Shown in pieces: positions 27,561 to 42,116 of a stretch of DNA of 64,000 bases. The stretch lies in the NCBI GenBank assembly GCA_951406725.2, contig OX597831.1, positions 59,892,001 through 59,956,000 on the forward strand, written 5' to 3'. Position 1 is the first letter of the stretch. Each line of letters begins with the position of its first letter. The stretch comes from Octopus vulgaris (lineage: Eukaryota). Position numbers and translations under genes: made by a program. The notes beneath the pieces are model-generated. The model worked only from the letters and a program-made list of their open reading frames with translations. It had not been told where the DNA came from and searched no databases.

Positions 27561-28342
27561 CTTGACTGTAGTAGTAAACAAGAATGCACCCTATATATAC
27601 ACAGAAAGCAGCAGCAGCCACATAAACATCTATTTTTAGCAATAACATAAATCTATTTTTGGTTAAAATTTTCGGTGAAACTTTTCGAAGAACCATATAA
27701 CGAATATCCTCCTATAAATGTCGACATAGTTTTCGACGAAAATTTTTATGGAAAATTTTCGAAAAATTTTTTGGTAAAATTTTCGAGAAATTTTTGGGTA
27801 AAATTTTTGGTGAAAATTTTATGAAAAATTTTTGGGTAAAACTTTCGGGTAAAATTTTCGAAAAATTTTCGTAGAAAAGTTTCGGTGAAAATTTTCGAAA
27901 TATCATATTACGAATATGCTCCATATGCTGAAGTCTATAAACGTCGACATCGTGGATGGTGAGGCATCTTGACAGTAGTAGTAAACCAGAATTCACTCTA
28001 TATATACACAGAAAGCAGCCGCAGCAGCCACATACAAATCTATTTTTAACAATAGCTTAAATCTATTTCGGGGTAAAATTTTCGGTGAACATTTTCGAAA
28101 AATTTTTGGGGAAAATTTTCGGTGAAAATTTTCTAAAAATTTTTGGTTAAAATTTTCGGTGAAAATTTTCGAAAAACCATATAATGAATATGCTCCATAT
28201 GCTGAAGTCTATAAACGTCGACAACGTTTTCCGTGAAAATTTTCTGAAAATTTTTAGGGAAAATTTTCGAAAAAGTTTTGGGGGTAATTTTTGGTGAAAA
28301 TTTTCGATAAAGTTTTGGGGAAAAGTTTCGGTGAAAATTTCG

Positions 28343-28450
28343 AAATAACATATTACGAATATGCTCCATATGCTGAAGTCTATAAACGTCGACATCCTCA
28401 TAGTTGTTAAGTGTAAAGCAGAATCTGGTGTATCGTGGATGGTGAGGCAT
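28343..28450 (-). pseudogene. CRESS-DNA/circovirus-like Rep N-terminal fragment, copy B
   Basis: MPHHPRYTRFCFTLNNYEDVDVYRLQHMEHIRNMLF. FTLNN is the canonical RCR motif I. TATATATA lies ~32-39 nt upstream of the ATG. Confidence 0.65.
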
Positions 28451-28743
28451 CTTGATAGTAGTAGTAAACCAGAATTCACTCTATATATACACAGAAAGGA
28501 GCCACATAAAAATCTATTTTTAGCAATAATATAAATCTATGTTTGGTTAAAATTTTCGGTGAAAATTTTCGAAACACCATATAATGAATATACTCCATAT
28601 GCTAAAGTCTATAAACGTCGACATCGTTTTCCGTGAAAATTTTCTGAAAATTTTTAGGGAAAATTTTCGAAAAAATTTTTGGGAAAATTTTTGGTGAAAA
28701 TTTTCGATAAAGTTTTGGGGAAAAGTTTCGGTGAAAATTTTCG

Positions 28744-28851
28744 AAATAACATATTACGAATATGCTCCATATGCTGAAGTCTATAAACGTCGACATTCTC
28801 ATAGTTGTTAAGTGTAAAGCAGAATCTGGTGTATCGTGGATGGTGAGGCAT
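28744..28851 (-). pseudogene. CRESS-DNA/circovirus-like Rep N-terminal fragment, copy C
   Basis: MPHHPRYTRFCFTLNNYENVDVYRLQHMEHIRNMLF. Confidence 0.65.
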
Positions 28852-29539
28852 CTTGACAGTAGTAATGAACCAGAATTCACTCTATATATACACAGAAAGG
28901 AGCCACATAAAAATGTATTTTTAGCAATAACATAAATTTGGTTAAAATTTTCGTTGAACATTTTCGAAAAATATTTCGGGAAAATTTTCAGTGAAAATTT
29001 TCGAAAAATTTTTGTGAAAATTTTCGGCAAAAATTTTCCGTGAAAATTTTGGGGGAAAATTTTCGGAGCAAATTTTCGAAAAATTTTTGGTTAAAATTTT
29101 CGGTGAACATTTTCGAAAAATATTTGAGAAAAATTTTCGGAAATTCTCGGAAAAATTTTAAAAAATTTTGGTTATAATTTTCGGTGAAAATTTTCAAAAA
29201 ACCATATAACGAATATGCTCCATATGCTGAAGTCTATAAACGTCGACATCGTTTCCGTGAAAATTTTCTGAAAATTTTCGAAAAATTTTTGTGTATAATT
29301 TTCGCTGAAAATTTTCGAAAAATTTACGGTGAAAATTTTCGGCAAAAATTTTGAAAAACTTTTTGGGTAAAATTTTCGGTGAAACTTTTCGAAATATCTT
29401 TGGTTAAAATTTTCAGTGAAAATTTTCGAAAAATTTCTAGGTACAATTTTCGGTGAAAATTTACCAAAAATTTTCATGGAAAACATTCGGCAAAAATTTT
29501 CAAAAAATTTTTGGGTAAAATTTTCGGTGAAAAATTTCG

Positions 29540-29647
29540 AAAAACCATATAACGAATGTGCTCCATATGCTGAAGTCTATAAACGTCGACATCATCATAG
29601 TTGTTAAGTGTAAAGCAGAATCTGGTGTATCGTGGATGGTGAGACAA
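29540..29647 (-). pseudogene. CRESS-DNA/circovirus-like Rep N-terminal fragment, copy D (ATG mutated)
   Basis: LSHHPRYTRFCFTLNNYDDVDVYRLQHMEHIRYMVF. Confidence 0.62.
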
Positions 29648-29996
29648 TTTGACTGTAGTAGTAAACAAAAATTCACTCTCTACATACAGAGAAACGAGTC
29701 GCAGCAGCCACATAAAAATCTATTTTTAGCACTAACATAAATCTATTTTTGAGTAAAATTTTCGGTGAACATTTTCGAAAAATATTTGGGGAAAATTTTC
29801 TGTGATAATTTTCGAAAAGTTTCCGTTAAAAATTTTCGGCAAAAATTTTCAAAAACTTTTTGTGTAAAATTTTCTGTGAAAATTTTCGAAAAATTTTTAG
29901 GTAAAAATTTTCGAAAATTTTCGAAAAATTTTTATGAAAAAGTTTCGGCAAAATTTTCAAAAAATTTTTGGATAAAATTTACGGTGAAAATTTTCG

Positions 29997-30104
29997 AAAA
30001 ACCATATAACGAATATGCTCCATATGCTGAAGTCTATAAACGTCGACAACATCATAGTTGTTAAGTGTAAAGCAGAATATGGCGTATCGTGGATGTTGAG
30101 GCAT
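29997..30104 (-). pseudogene. CRESS-DNA/circovirus-like Rep N-terminal fragment, copy E
   Basis: MPQHPRYAIFCFTLNNYDVVDVYRLQHMEHIRYMVF. Confidence 0.62.
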
Positions 30105-30944
30105 CTTGACTGTAGTAATAAACCAGAATTCACTCTCTACATACACAGAAACCATCCGCAGCAGCCACATAAATATCTATTTTTAGCAATCTATTTTGGG
30201 GTAAAATTTTCGGTGAAAATTTTCGAAAAATTTTTGGTTAAAATTTCCGGTGAAAATTTTCAGAAAAACAATATAACGAATATGTTCCATATGCTGAAGT
30301 CTATAAACGTCGACATCACTTTAGGTGAAAATTTTCCGAAAATTTTTGGTGAAACTTTTCGAAAACTTTCGTGTGACATTATAAGCAGCCTGTAACATGA
30401 ATACAACTCGAAATTAGAAAAACATAAGAATGAAACAAATTAGTACACATTACACTTAGAGCATAATACTTACGAAGATATTGCTAGACAATGTATGGCC
30501 AGTTTTCGGCTATTGAGCCATCTACATATAACTTTTATAAATTACTTTCAGGCATATATTTCATCTTTCGTTCTTCTAACAGGACTTCAGAAAACCTGCA
30601 CACTATGACATTTAAACGAAGTTTATGCACTCTATATTATGTGCTTAATAATTTTCTGTCTCACATTAAAAAAATATTTATCCTCTTTAGTTTAAATTTT
30701 ATTGTATTATTTTGTCACGTTTCTTCAAGTAGAATCGGTTACGAATCGAATAGGTTTCGCAGCGCTTCTTCCCGCTGTGTCCGTTCTGAGTTCCAGTTCA
30801 ACCAGACTCGAAATTCTTTATTGTTGGCTATGTGCCAAAATTTGAATCTGTTATTTGCCATATTTCCTTACTTTACTGTAGCCATTATTTCCGCCGTGAA
30901 TATTATCCTGAATCCATCTCAGTATTTTACATTGTATATCATCC

Positions 30945-32310
30945 GTGAAATAGTTTCATATTGTGAAATTAATTCTCCATTTGAATAACTCCTGAATGAA
31001 TTTCCTGTGTAACATGCGATTAGACCGAATTGGATCATCTCTTACTGTCTCCTTTAACATGTTTCTTGTCATCACAAGGACAACCATCCTCTCCCCACTA
31101 GCTTCTATATTGTATTTGCCTTACCTTTGATTTCTAATTGCAACTTACATCACGAGGACACCCCGGCCTAGTAATAGTGTTAGAAACTTCAGCTTTCCTA
31201 CTAGCTTTTTTAATTCAGCCTTCTCTTTCCTAGATTATTGGAATGGGAAAAAGCTTTACAGTAAAGAATATTCGTGGAATAGTTTTTCTTTTATATAGCT
31301 GTGCGATGCTTGCCATAGATCTCATGGAATATAATTGGTGATTATTAACATTCACATAAGTGTAAATCCAATACAGAATAGGCCCTGCAATTTTACATGA
31401 TTATTTATCATGGTTCAGAAAAGATTTCATCGTTATAAACCCATCTCTATTATCTGCAATATACTGAATATGTAATTTATTAATAAATAAATCTCGGACC
31501 TCATACGGAGTTATTAATCGCTTTCTGCATTACTAAAACTATACTTATTTACAATAAATACTATTTAATTACTTTCCTCTCGCGAAAATTAAATAAATTT
31601 TCCGTAGTAATATTTTACGATTTTCTATTTTCGATATTGTGAATATGTTTTATGGGTATATATGTATAAACAAAACCTTATACAAGTTATGAAAAATAGA
31701 ATACAGTATATGATATAGCATAGCTAGAAAAATTCTGTCTTACTTTCGAAATTAATTGACTAGTATTTATCGCAAATGAGTATTCAATTCCTGAAGCCGC
31801 GTGGCTTAGTCGTTAGGGACATTCGGCTCATGATCGTAAGGTCGTGAGTTCAATTCTCGGCGGCGCGTTGTGTCCTTGAGCAAGACACTTTATTTCACGT
31901 TGCTACAGTCCACTCAGCTGGCAAAAATGAGTAGTACCTGTATTCCAAAGGGCCGGCCTTGTCACACACTGTGTTACGCTGAATCTCTCCGGGAACTACG
32001 TTGAGGGTACACGTGTTTGTGGAGTGCTCAGCCACTTGCACGTTAATTTCATGAGCAGGCTGTTCCTTTGAACGTATCAGCTGGGATCCTGGTCGTGACA
32101 ACCGACCGAGTACTTCTTATTCAATTACTAATGCAGGAGTAGATTATGACCCATATCCAGCTTCGCTGTTTATTTCAACGTCCCTCAGAGTATTTTACAT
32201 GTATATCCTCGGTGAAATAGTTTCATATTGTGAAATTAATTCTCCATTTGAATAACTCCTGAGTGAATTTCCTGTGTAACATGGGATTAAACCTAACTGG
32301 ATCATCTCTT
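30945..32310 (+). repeat. ~100-bp dispersed direct repeat (30945-31041 and 32212-32308)
   Basis: GTGAAATAGTTTCATATTGTGAAATTAATTCTCCATTTGAATAACTCCTGA..TTTCCTGTGTAACATG..TGGATCATCT occurs twice. Confidence 0.85.
31793..32117 (+). mobile_element. tRNA-derived SINE of a third family, with a conserved central domain and a ~12-bp TSD
   Basis: A box TGGCTTAGTCG, B box GAGTTCAATTC, and TTGTGTCCTTGAGCAAGACACTT (typical of SINEs with a conserved central domain). TATTCAATT(C/A)CT flanks both sides (31781 and 32118). Confidence 0.85.
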
Positions 32311-32845
32311 ACTAATTGGATCAACTCTAAGAAATATTTTGCTTGTATTATTCTTTCCGTAACTGAATTATGAACATATATTATTGAATGACTCATATGA
32401 CGCACATATACATTCAAACGTACACACACACACATACACATTCACTGAGATTTGGATAATTTTGGATGTTTTATGGTACATGAACATGTGGTAGGAGGGC
32501 ACACCGAGGAACCCAGCAAGTATAACACTTCAACAGTGCAACTGTGAATATACTGTAAAATTTTACATTCAGTCACGTAATCAGATAATTTGTTTTTACC
32601 AAAATCCATAGCAAATCTACATTCCGATATTTATATCCAAAGTGTATGTTGAAATGTAATGGCTGAAAAAAAGAAGTAACTATTTACAAAGAGGATGTTA
32701 GGAAAATCAGAATTCTGATTTCTGACATATTCTATGTAGGAATGCATGCACGCAAATATGTATGTATGTGTGTATATATCGCACATATATATGAGCGTGT
32801 GTGTGCTTGCACGCGCGTGTCTGTCTATCTATCTATCTATCTATA

Positions 32846-32888
<43 letters not shown>

Positions 32889-32998
32889 ATATCTATATCT
32901 CTATCTATCTATCTATCCATCCATCATCTATCTATCTATCTATCTATATCTATCTATCTATCTATCCATCCATCCATCCATCCATCTATATATGTATA

Positions 32999-33031
<33 letters not shown>

Positions 33032-33086
33032 GCAGACATACACACACATAGACACATATGCATATATGTTCAATAAGCTAGCGTGC

Positions 33087-33118
<32 letters not shown>

Positions 33119-33614
33119 CGTGTATGTGTGCGTGTGAGTGTCTGTGCGTGCACGTGTGCGAGTAATTGCCTATTTAAGCCTACGTCAATAAAAGGTTGCA
33201 TGCTTGTGCTGTTTTCGACTAATGGCTAGTCTTTTTATGGAAATGCTGAATATTATGTAGACCAGAATATATCAAGTATGTAATTAGAAATGTACTATGA
33301 CCTGTTATTTTGCCAAAACATTTTATCATATTTTTTCATTTTTTTAAGTAGTCATTAAATGGTATTATATGTAGTTGTTTAGAGCACATGGTAAACATAT
33401 CGATTGTGAATTGACTGCAATTGTGACTTAACATGCTAGTCTATAGTGATTCGGTATTAGTGTACATTGAAGAGGATACTAATAGAGAAAACTGGGCATT
33501 CTGATTAGATTTGAACACGCACATATATGTGTGTGAGATTGTTTATACACTACAGCAGACACACATACAGACACACATAAACGTACATACAAAACACGCG
33601 TATGTGTGGATGTG

Positions 33615-34005
33615 AGGTAAGAAGCTTGCTTACCAACCACATTGTTCCGGGTTCAGTACTGCGGCGTGGCACCTTTCTTAGGTGTCTTCTACTATAGGCT
33701 CGCGCCGGCCAAAGCCTTGTGAGTGGATTTGGTAGACGGAAACTGAAAGAAGCCCGTCTTTTCTATAAATATATCCGTGCGCATGAGTGTGCTTGCGTTT
33801 CTTTGTTTGTCCCCACACCATCGATTGACAACCGATGCTGGTGTGTTTACATCCCCGTAACTTAGCGGCTTGGCAGAAGTGAAGATTGAATAAGTATTAT
33901 GCTTACAAAGAATGAATCCCGGGGTCGATTTATTCGGGTAAATGTAGCAGGACCAGCATGGCCGCAATCAAGGACTGAAACAAATAAAGGAAACAGAATA
34001 AAAGA
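33615..34005 (+). mobile_element. SINE (family of 13997-14404)
   Basis: GGTAAGAAGCTTGCTTACCAACCAC..GGGTTCAGT..GGATTTGGTAGACGGAAACTGAAAGAAGCCCGTC..CAGCATGGCCGCA. Confidence 0.85.
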
Positions 34006-34057
34006 ATATTGTTTAATTTAAAATATTTGTATTTATTTATTTATTTATTTATTATTA

Positions 34058-34098
<41 letters not shown>

Positions 34099-34105
34099 GT
34101 TGTTG

Positions 34106-34138
<33 letters not shown>

Positions 34139-34409
34139 ATATTATTATTATTATTATTATTACTATTATTACTACTAGTATTGTTGTTATACATACATGC
34201 AAGCATACGTAATGATAATAATAATATGTGGATGTAAACACATGAACAAAATAAGAATAAACAAAAACAACAATAACAAAAACAAATTACATGAACGTAT
34301 ATAAACAGAAGATACAAATATTACAGGCATCCCCCCCAACACACTAAATAAACATAGACGCACATAGAGATATAAGCATGCGCAAATGAAGACATACAAT
34401 AGAAATACA

Positions 34410-34628
34410 AAATGGCTGACGGTTAGTAAAGAGAGACACAAATAAGAAAGAAGAAAACAAAGGACCACTGATACGGTCAAAGGAGTGTGACGAAAGAACT
34501 ATGGAAGGAATAAAATTAAGACTAATGTAAAAAATAAATAACACTGAAGCAAAATAACACCAAATATATAGTGCGTGTGTTTTTATTGGCTAAACTGGCA
34601 AAATGACCATTCCGAAATATAACAATAA
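34410..34628 (+). mobile_element. PLE-like terminal repeat (same family as 6523-6868) with a degenerate hammerhead at 34465-34504
   Basis: Matches the reverse complement of 6523-6730 (CGGTTAGTAA..CCACTGAT..GGAGTGTGACGAAAGAACT..CTGAAGCAAA..GGCTAAACTGGCAAAATGACCATTCC). Confidence 0.7.
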
Positions 34629-34633
34629 TAAAA

Positions 34634-34686
<53 letters not shown>

Positions 34687-34703
34687 TATAACAACAATAA
34701 AAG

Positions 34704-34735
<32 letters not shown>

Positions 34736-34939
34736 CTTTTATTATTGTTATATATATATATATACATATACATACACATACACACCAACACACATAAACA
34801 CATATGGTGCGATGGGTAAATTGTTGCCATTTTATGAGATTGATATCGCACATGCTAATTGTTTGTTTGGGATTTTGTCGACTACAAATAACACCGTGAC
34901 GCAAATCTCTCTCCCGGATATTTGGAAACGACATACTGG

Positions 34940-35650
34940 AAACGACATACACACATACGTACACACGCACAAACACAATATGCCCATTCCCCACTAAAAG
35001 TATACACGCACACGCTCAAAGGAAAAACACCCACACATACGCACACGTGCACATGTGCATACACATACTTCGCGAAGACAAACATAGCACACACACACAT
35101 GCACAAACAACGGAAAACTACATAAACTGTACACACTTATACACACACAAACGCATTCTCAGTACAAACACGCATAGTACGTACACGCACACACTCACAC
35201 ACTCACACACACTGACACAGTCATAGCCACTGCCAAATACAACACACTCACACACATACATACGCATCCCCACACACACGTATGCACACACCACCTGGAC
35301 AATTATAACACTACAAACAGGCATATACTCACGTATATGGTCACCACCCTGACCAACACAACACACAAACATACACACGCAGACACACAAATGTACACAC
35401 ACATGACCAAACGCATATACACAAACACATACACACGCGCGCACACTTTACAAATCAGACACGTACACACATATACAAACGTGAACAATTATACACACAC
35501 CACCCTGCTAAATATAAAACATACACATACACAGACCCATACACACACTAAACTCTAAGACCAGTAAAAGAAACCCGCACACATATACACAAGCACATTT
35601 ATGTACACACACATAAAATCGTACACATACACACACACACACACACTCAC
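34940..35650. repeat. Degenerate (CA)n-rich low-complexity tract
   Basis: Direct reading. Confidence 0.8.
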
Positions 35651-36294
35651 ACCATCATGAACTCTAAGACCAGTCCAAAAACAATCGAACCGTGACTGAC
35701 TAACCCAGAAACAAAAACATCCGTTTGATTGCACAAATTATTCGAAACTAGATAATGTGAATGATTTAAACATCCAAACTCCCAGACTTTTTCTAAAAAT
35801 AACAACCATCATTACCAAACACACATGCTAGACTGGAGATAAAGAAAGAAAGGTCGATTTCTGATGAAGATTTGACTAAGCAATACACGCTTTTCCCTAT
35901 CAAATACTGTCTACAAATTCTTTCTGTATATATGCTTATAGAGAATCATGAATTTCGATGAGATAATAAACAATTATGAATTTATTTTTCTTGCTACTGT
36001 GAACACTTTTATGTAAACTGTTTAGACACGATGATCCTCTTAACATTTTCTAATAATTGTTAAATACTGTATCACTGTATTTTAATACATCTATGTTACC
36101 TATTTTTAACAACATATAGGCTACACGATGTCTTACATTTTACTTTTGAAATTTTTCTTATTTAAAAAAGGGGGAACTTATCAAGTCAAAAACATCTTTA
36201 AAATAGCTCCTACTTTTCAAATATCCGCCCATACACACACACAGGTATATAGAACATATATACATATGTATATACAAATTAACATAAGTCTTCA

Positions 36295-36347
<53 letters not shown>

Positions 36348-37009
36348 TACCACATTTAAATAGGTCTACTATATATAAATTTGGAATGCCGAATACGATG
36401 ATTATAGATAACCGTTTGTGTGTGGGGAGAAATTAATTATTTTTATGATTAGAGATTAAATATATATGTTTTTTTAATATTTATAATAAATAATTAAGAT
36501 GTACTCATATGTATTTCTGTGACTTTTGAATTGCGTATGCGTTTGTATATATGCATGTGTATGTGTGTATTTAAGTTTCCTCATATTCTATGGAATATGT
36601 TTGCGAATGTAGATTAGTTACTATGCTTTCTTTACGTTCTCTTATATGAATAAATAAGCAAAGGTGTCTCCAGGGAGTGGAAGGCGGAATAAATCTGTAC
36701 CTTCAATATGAAACACACGATACACGAGGAAATCGACAATGCTGCTTTTAGATAATTTTGTTCATGATAAGAAATAGCTAAGAATAACACTATTAAAAAT
36801 GTCATGCTTGGAATATAGAAAATGAAAATATGGTATAGTTATTCTCTTATAAAATCGTTTATTGAGTACAAACATACACAGATGTCTACAGGCATACACT
36901 CACGTCCACAGTTGTTTATATAATCTAGTTATTAGTGAATATATTCAAAATGAATTCATAGAATACAAAAAAACAACAATGGTCATGTCTCGAAATATAG
37001 GTGTAGCAA

Positions 37010-37017
37010 CGTATAAA

Positions 37018-37064
<47 letters not shown>

Positions 37065-37070
37065 CTATGC

Positions 37071-37103
<33 letters not shown>

Positions 37104-37435
37104 AACATATATATATACATATATATATACATGTATATATATACATATGTTTATATATATATATATACATACATATGCATATATATATACATACATATGT
37201 ATATATATATACATGCATATGCATGTATATACACATATGCATATATATATATATATATATATACATGTGCATATACATATGCACACATGCGTATACATAC
37301 ATATATATATATTTCTACACACACACATATATACATATATATATGCACACACACGCACAAATATATATGTACTATATATTTGTGTGAGTGTGTGTGTGTG
37401 TGTGTATACGTATATACACATATGTATGTGTGTGC
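37010..37435. repeat. Degenerate (TA)n/(CA)n microsatellite
   Basis: Direct reading. Confidence 0.9.
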
Positions 37436-37963
37436 ATATTACAGTTTTAGGTCAGTCATTGTTTACGCTTCTTTCCCATATTATACATTTTTATAAAAAT
37501 ATAAGACGACAATGTATTTTAGTTTTTTGTTTGCAAAACTAACTTTTTAAAATCTCTTTCTTACTATATGGTTTGCTCCCGCATACCTTTGAAATATTTT
37601 CCTCTAAAATGCATTGGCTTCTCTATATTTAAGCGAATATTAATACTTTATACGTTAGACCTTTTCAAGCGTGGCTATCAGTACATTTTCTCCATCTCTC
37701 TGCCCTATTTCATGTAATTTATTTCCAATGACAGTAAGAGATTTTTGTTTGTTCTTGCGGAAATATAATGATTTTGTATATATTCATTCGATTAGAACTT
37801 TCCATATAGATTAATGAAGGTTTTCTACCATGTTGCCTGATTAATTTCATATCTCTTTCAAGTATATACGATTTGTAATTTCCGTTATTTTACTTTGTGC
37901 TATTCCATTTAACATTCAGTCGATTTTTACATTTCTCAATCAAAAATTATATTACACACACAC

Positions 37964-38025
<62 letters not shown>

Positions 38026-39446
38026 TACAAAATCCCAATGTTGTAATTACTATGACTATATGGAAAACAGTGCTCTTTGGCAATGATTTAACTCTACATT
38101 ATGTAGATGATACTTCAACTGAGTAATTTCAACGGAATCGACTATGAACAGAAGTGTTATAGCACAAATTGCGTTGTTAAAATCACAAAGTTTTCTGAGT
38201 ATTTTGGTGCACAAAAACACCCTGGTATTTATACATTTTATAATGTGCAACCCTGTCATTGCTTTCTCCAGTAAAGCGAATAGGGCTACTAGACGTGTTG
38301 CAAATCTATACTACAATTGAAGCATCCTGACCTACGTTCAATTATCATATACACAGATACGATAGAGATGCATGTGCTTCAATACATTCCTGTATATCAT
38401 CTGTTACAAAATTTCAAGACAGCCTTGGAGCTGAATGTGACTAAAGGTTGATTAAATATCCAATATAAATTGTAACTTACCCATTTCTGTTTCAACCGCA
38501 GCGGTTTTGTTGTTGCACAACAATGACCTGGGTGCTAGCAGTATAACTTGAATGTAAATAATTTTACCAATTTAAATATATAGAGGCTTTTTTTCAGCAG
38601 CTCATTTGTAAGATCTCACTGGCCATAAAACTCGGCATAGATGCTACCCCCTTGTAGCACTGGTTCAAGCTTAAGCAATCTAATGTAATCAGTACCTAGG
38701 TCAAGTGACATTAACTGCTTGTTTTGCACGGATATACTTCTCTGAGAATTCGAAAATCAGTTGTCTTGACGTATAAATCCATATTTCCATAAAATCTTTG
38801 CTTTCTATTTGAATGTACTAATCAGCTCAGTTACAGTACAAATTAGCATCATTACAGTGATGATGAGTGTGCAGCAAACACAAATCACCAATGTGCTGTT
38901 CGAGCTGTTTGGACATATCTACACAAACCCGAAGAGTAGATACACAAGTGGCAAGATCTCAAAAATGACAGGGAGAGATTATTCTCACTGGCAAAACGCG
39001 CAAAGATAAAGAACTCCAAATGATTATCATATATTTTGAGAAAAACTAGATGCAGTTTTAAGTTCTGGCGTTCGTTTTATGTTGGCTAGGTGGGGAAGTG
39101 TGGTGCTTACGAGAGCCGAAAAGCGATGGCAAATTATGACGTTCTGTACTAATCAAAAATCATTGTTGTCTCAGTTATTACCTACCATTAGGCATACCTA
39201 ATTAAAAGTATATCATGAATCCGTCTGCCAAAGTCATACATATTTGTAGAATTTCAGATGAACTACCGCTAATAAAAATCCACTGTAAGGTGATTATGTT
39301 TGCTAATATATCTTTTAGCATAGGGAATTCAATCAGGTGTATAAATCTAATCGGCTTACTTATATACTGTGAATTCTATCTATCGCTCTCTTTATCTATC
39401 TATCTCTATATTTCTCTCTTTCTCTCCCTGTTAAACTCTCTCTCTC

Positions 39447-40447
<1,001 letters not shown>

Positions 40448-40454
40448 TTACTTA

Positions 40455-40750
<296 letters not shown>

Positions 40751-41114
40751 ATGCCTGTGCAACCATCCGTCTGCCTATCTCTACCTATAGAAATATATAC
40801 ACATATACGATACTAATTTGCAAACATCATAGTCCGTTAAACTGTAGTCTTTATTTCTTAAATAAGGCTAACACTGGTAAAATATCTTGAATGAAAATGT
40901 GTTATTTTAAAGTGAATGTTTGTTGCGCTGCGAGGTGGAGAGATGAACTACCTAAGTCAATTGAATTATCAGCAAATTGATAATTTGAAAACAAAGAATA
41001 AAAAAGAGGAAAATACACTTGAAATTGGGAAACGCATTTTGTATGCGTAATATATGATGTCGTATGCCATTAAATGTTTTTTTTGTCAATTGCAAATTTG
41101 AGAAATGTCATGAG

Positions 41115-41280
41115 ACGGCGAACTGGCAGAATTGTTAGCACGCTTGGCGGTATTTCGCCCGTATTCACATTCTGAATGTAAAGTCGACTTCGTTTCAGTA
41201 TCAGTTGAACACTAGATTCGATATAATCGATTTAAACCCCCTCCAGAAATTTCTGGCCCTGTCACGTAATTTAAAACTAA
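41115..41280 (+). mobile_element. Degenerate SINE (family of 25941-26173)
   Basis: GGCGAACTGGCAGAATTGTTAGCACGC..GGTATTTCG..GTCGACTT. Confidence 0.65.
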
Positions 41281-41498
41281 TGTTAATGAATAAATCTCAG
41301 ATACATTCAATGCTATATCATGTAGTACGATTTCAGTATACTAATTCTACAATCTATACTTACATGAGGAAACACATGTAAAAGTAAGCATGTATATCTT
41401 GTATCATGAATGCTGGTAAGCGGATACGTCAATATCACTGGCACACATAAATCTGAAATAGTGTTCATATATATATATATATTTGTTTATCTATCTAA

Positions 41499-41529
<31 letters not shown>

Positions 41530-41828
41530 AACGATGAATACCCTTGCGTAAACTATGGTCCGTTTTGTACTCTTACTTTATTATCATCTTAAAATCATAA
41601 TAATGACTTCATGACTCGTATTACTACCTCAGTCAATCTAAATGTAGATATTTGTCGTTACCTGTCATAAATAGCTCTTTTTTATTTGCAATGTGCATTT
41701 ACCTTGATTTTTCATATTTTACTCTTACATTTCCACGTGTATTTTATATTTTCTTTTTGTAACATATTTCTACTATATATATATATATATATAAATACTT
41801 ATTTGTGTTGTGCGTGTGTTTATTGACA

Positions 41829-41874
<46 letters not shown>

Positions 41875-42081
41875 AACGTATGTATGTATAAACCATATGA
41901 TATATAACATAGTCGTGTATTTTCCATATAAAATTCGTGAGAAATGTCAATAACTTAATTAGCATTTATTTTTGTAGTAACGAATTCCTAGTTGATTTGA
42001 AATTTCTTTTTCGCGTGGTGAAAATAATATTCAAACACACGGATGGACACAAGAACGCCCCACATACACACACATATACCC

Positions 42082-42116
<35 letters not shown>

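Larger units (their letters stand above)
27233..30370 (-). repeat. Composite satellite: short quasi-palindromic TTTTCG(GTG)AAAA units interleaved with ~12 full or partial copies of a ~195-bp conserved cassette
   Basis: Cassette (plus strand) CCATATAACGAATATGCTCC..ACGTCGAC..GTGAGGCAT..CATAAATCTA at ~27281 (partial), 27458, 27693 (p), 27903 (internal deletion), 28177 (p), 28349, 28577 (p), 28750, 29202 (p), 29545, 30002 and 30270 (p). Confidence 0.95.

Noticed and set aside
28505-28545. Possible CRESS origin (nonanucleotide stem-loop) upstream of the Rep-like cassette
   Set aside because: Minus-strand T(A/G)TTATTGC only loosely resembles NANTATTAC, and it is flanked by direct (AAAAATAGATTT) rather than inverted repeats. 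An origin cannot be claimed.
35855-35895. CTGATGA motif
   Set aside because: No stem II/GAAA partner. At most a decayed hammerhead.
38050-38560. Possible minus-strand exons around an ~80-nt GTAAGT..TAACAG intron (38401-38480)
   Set aside because: The spliced frame stops within ~20 codons and shows no recognisable homology.
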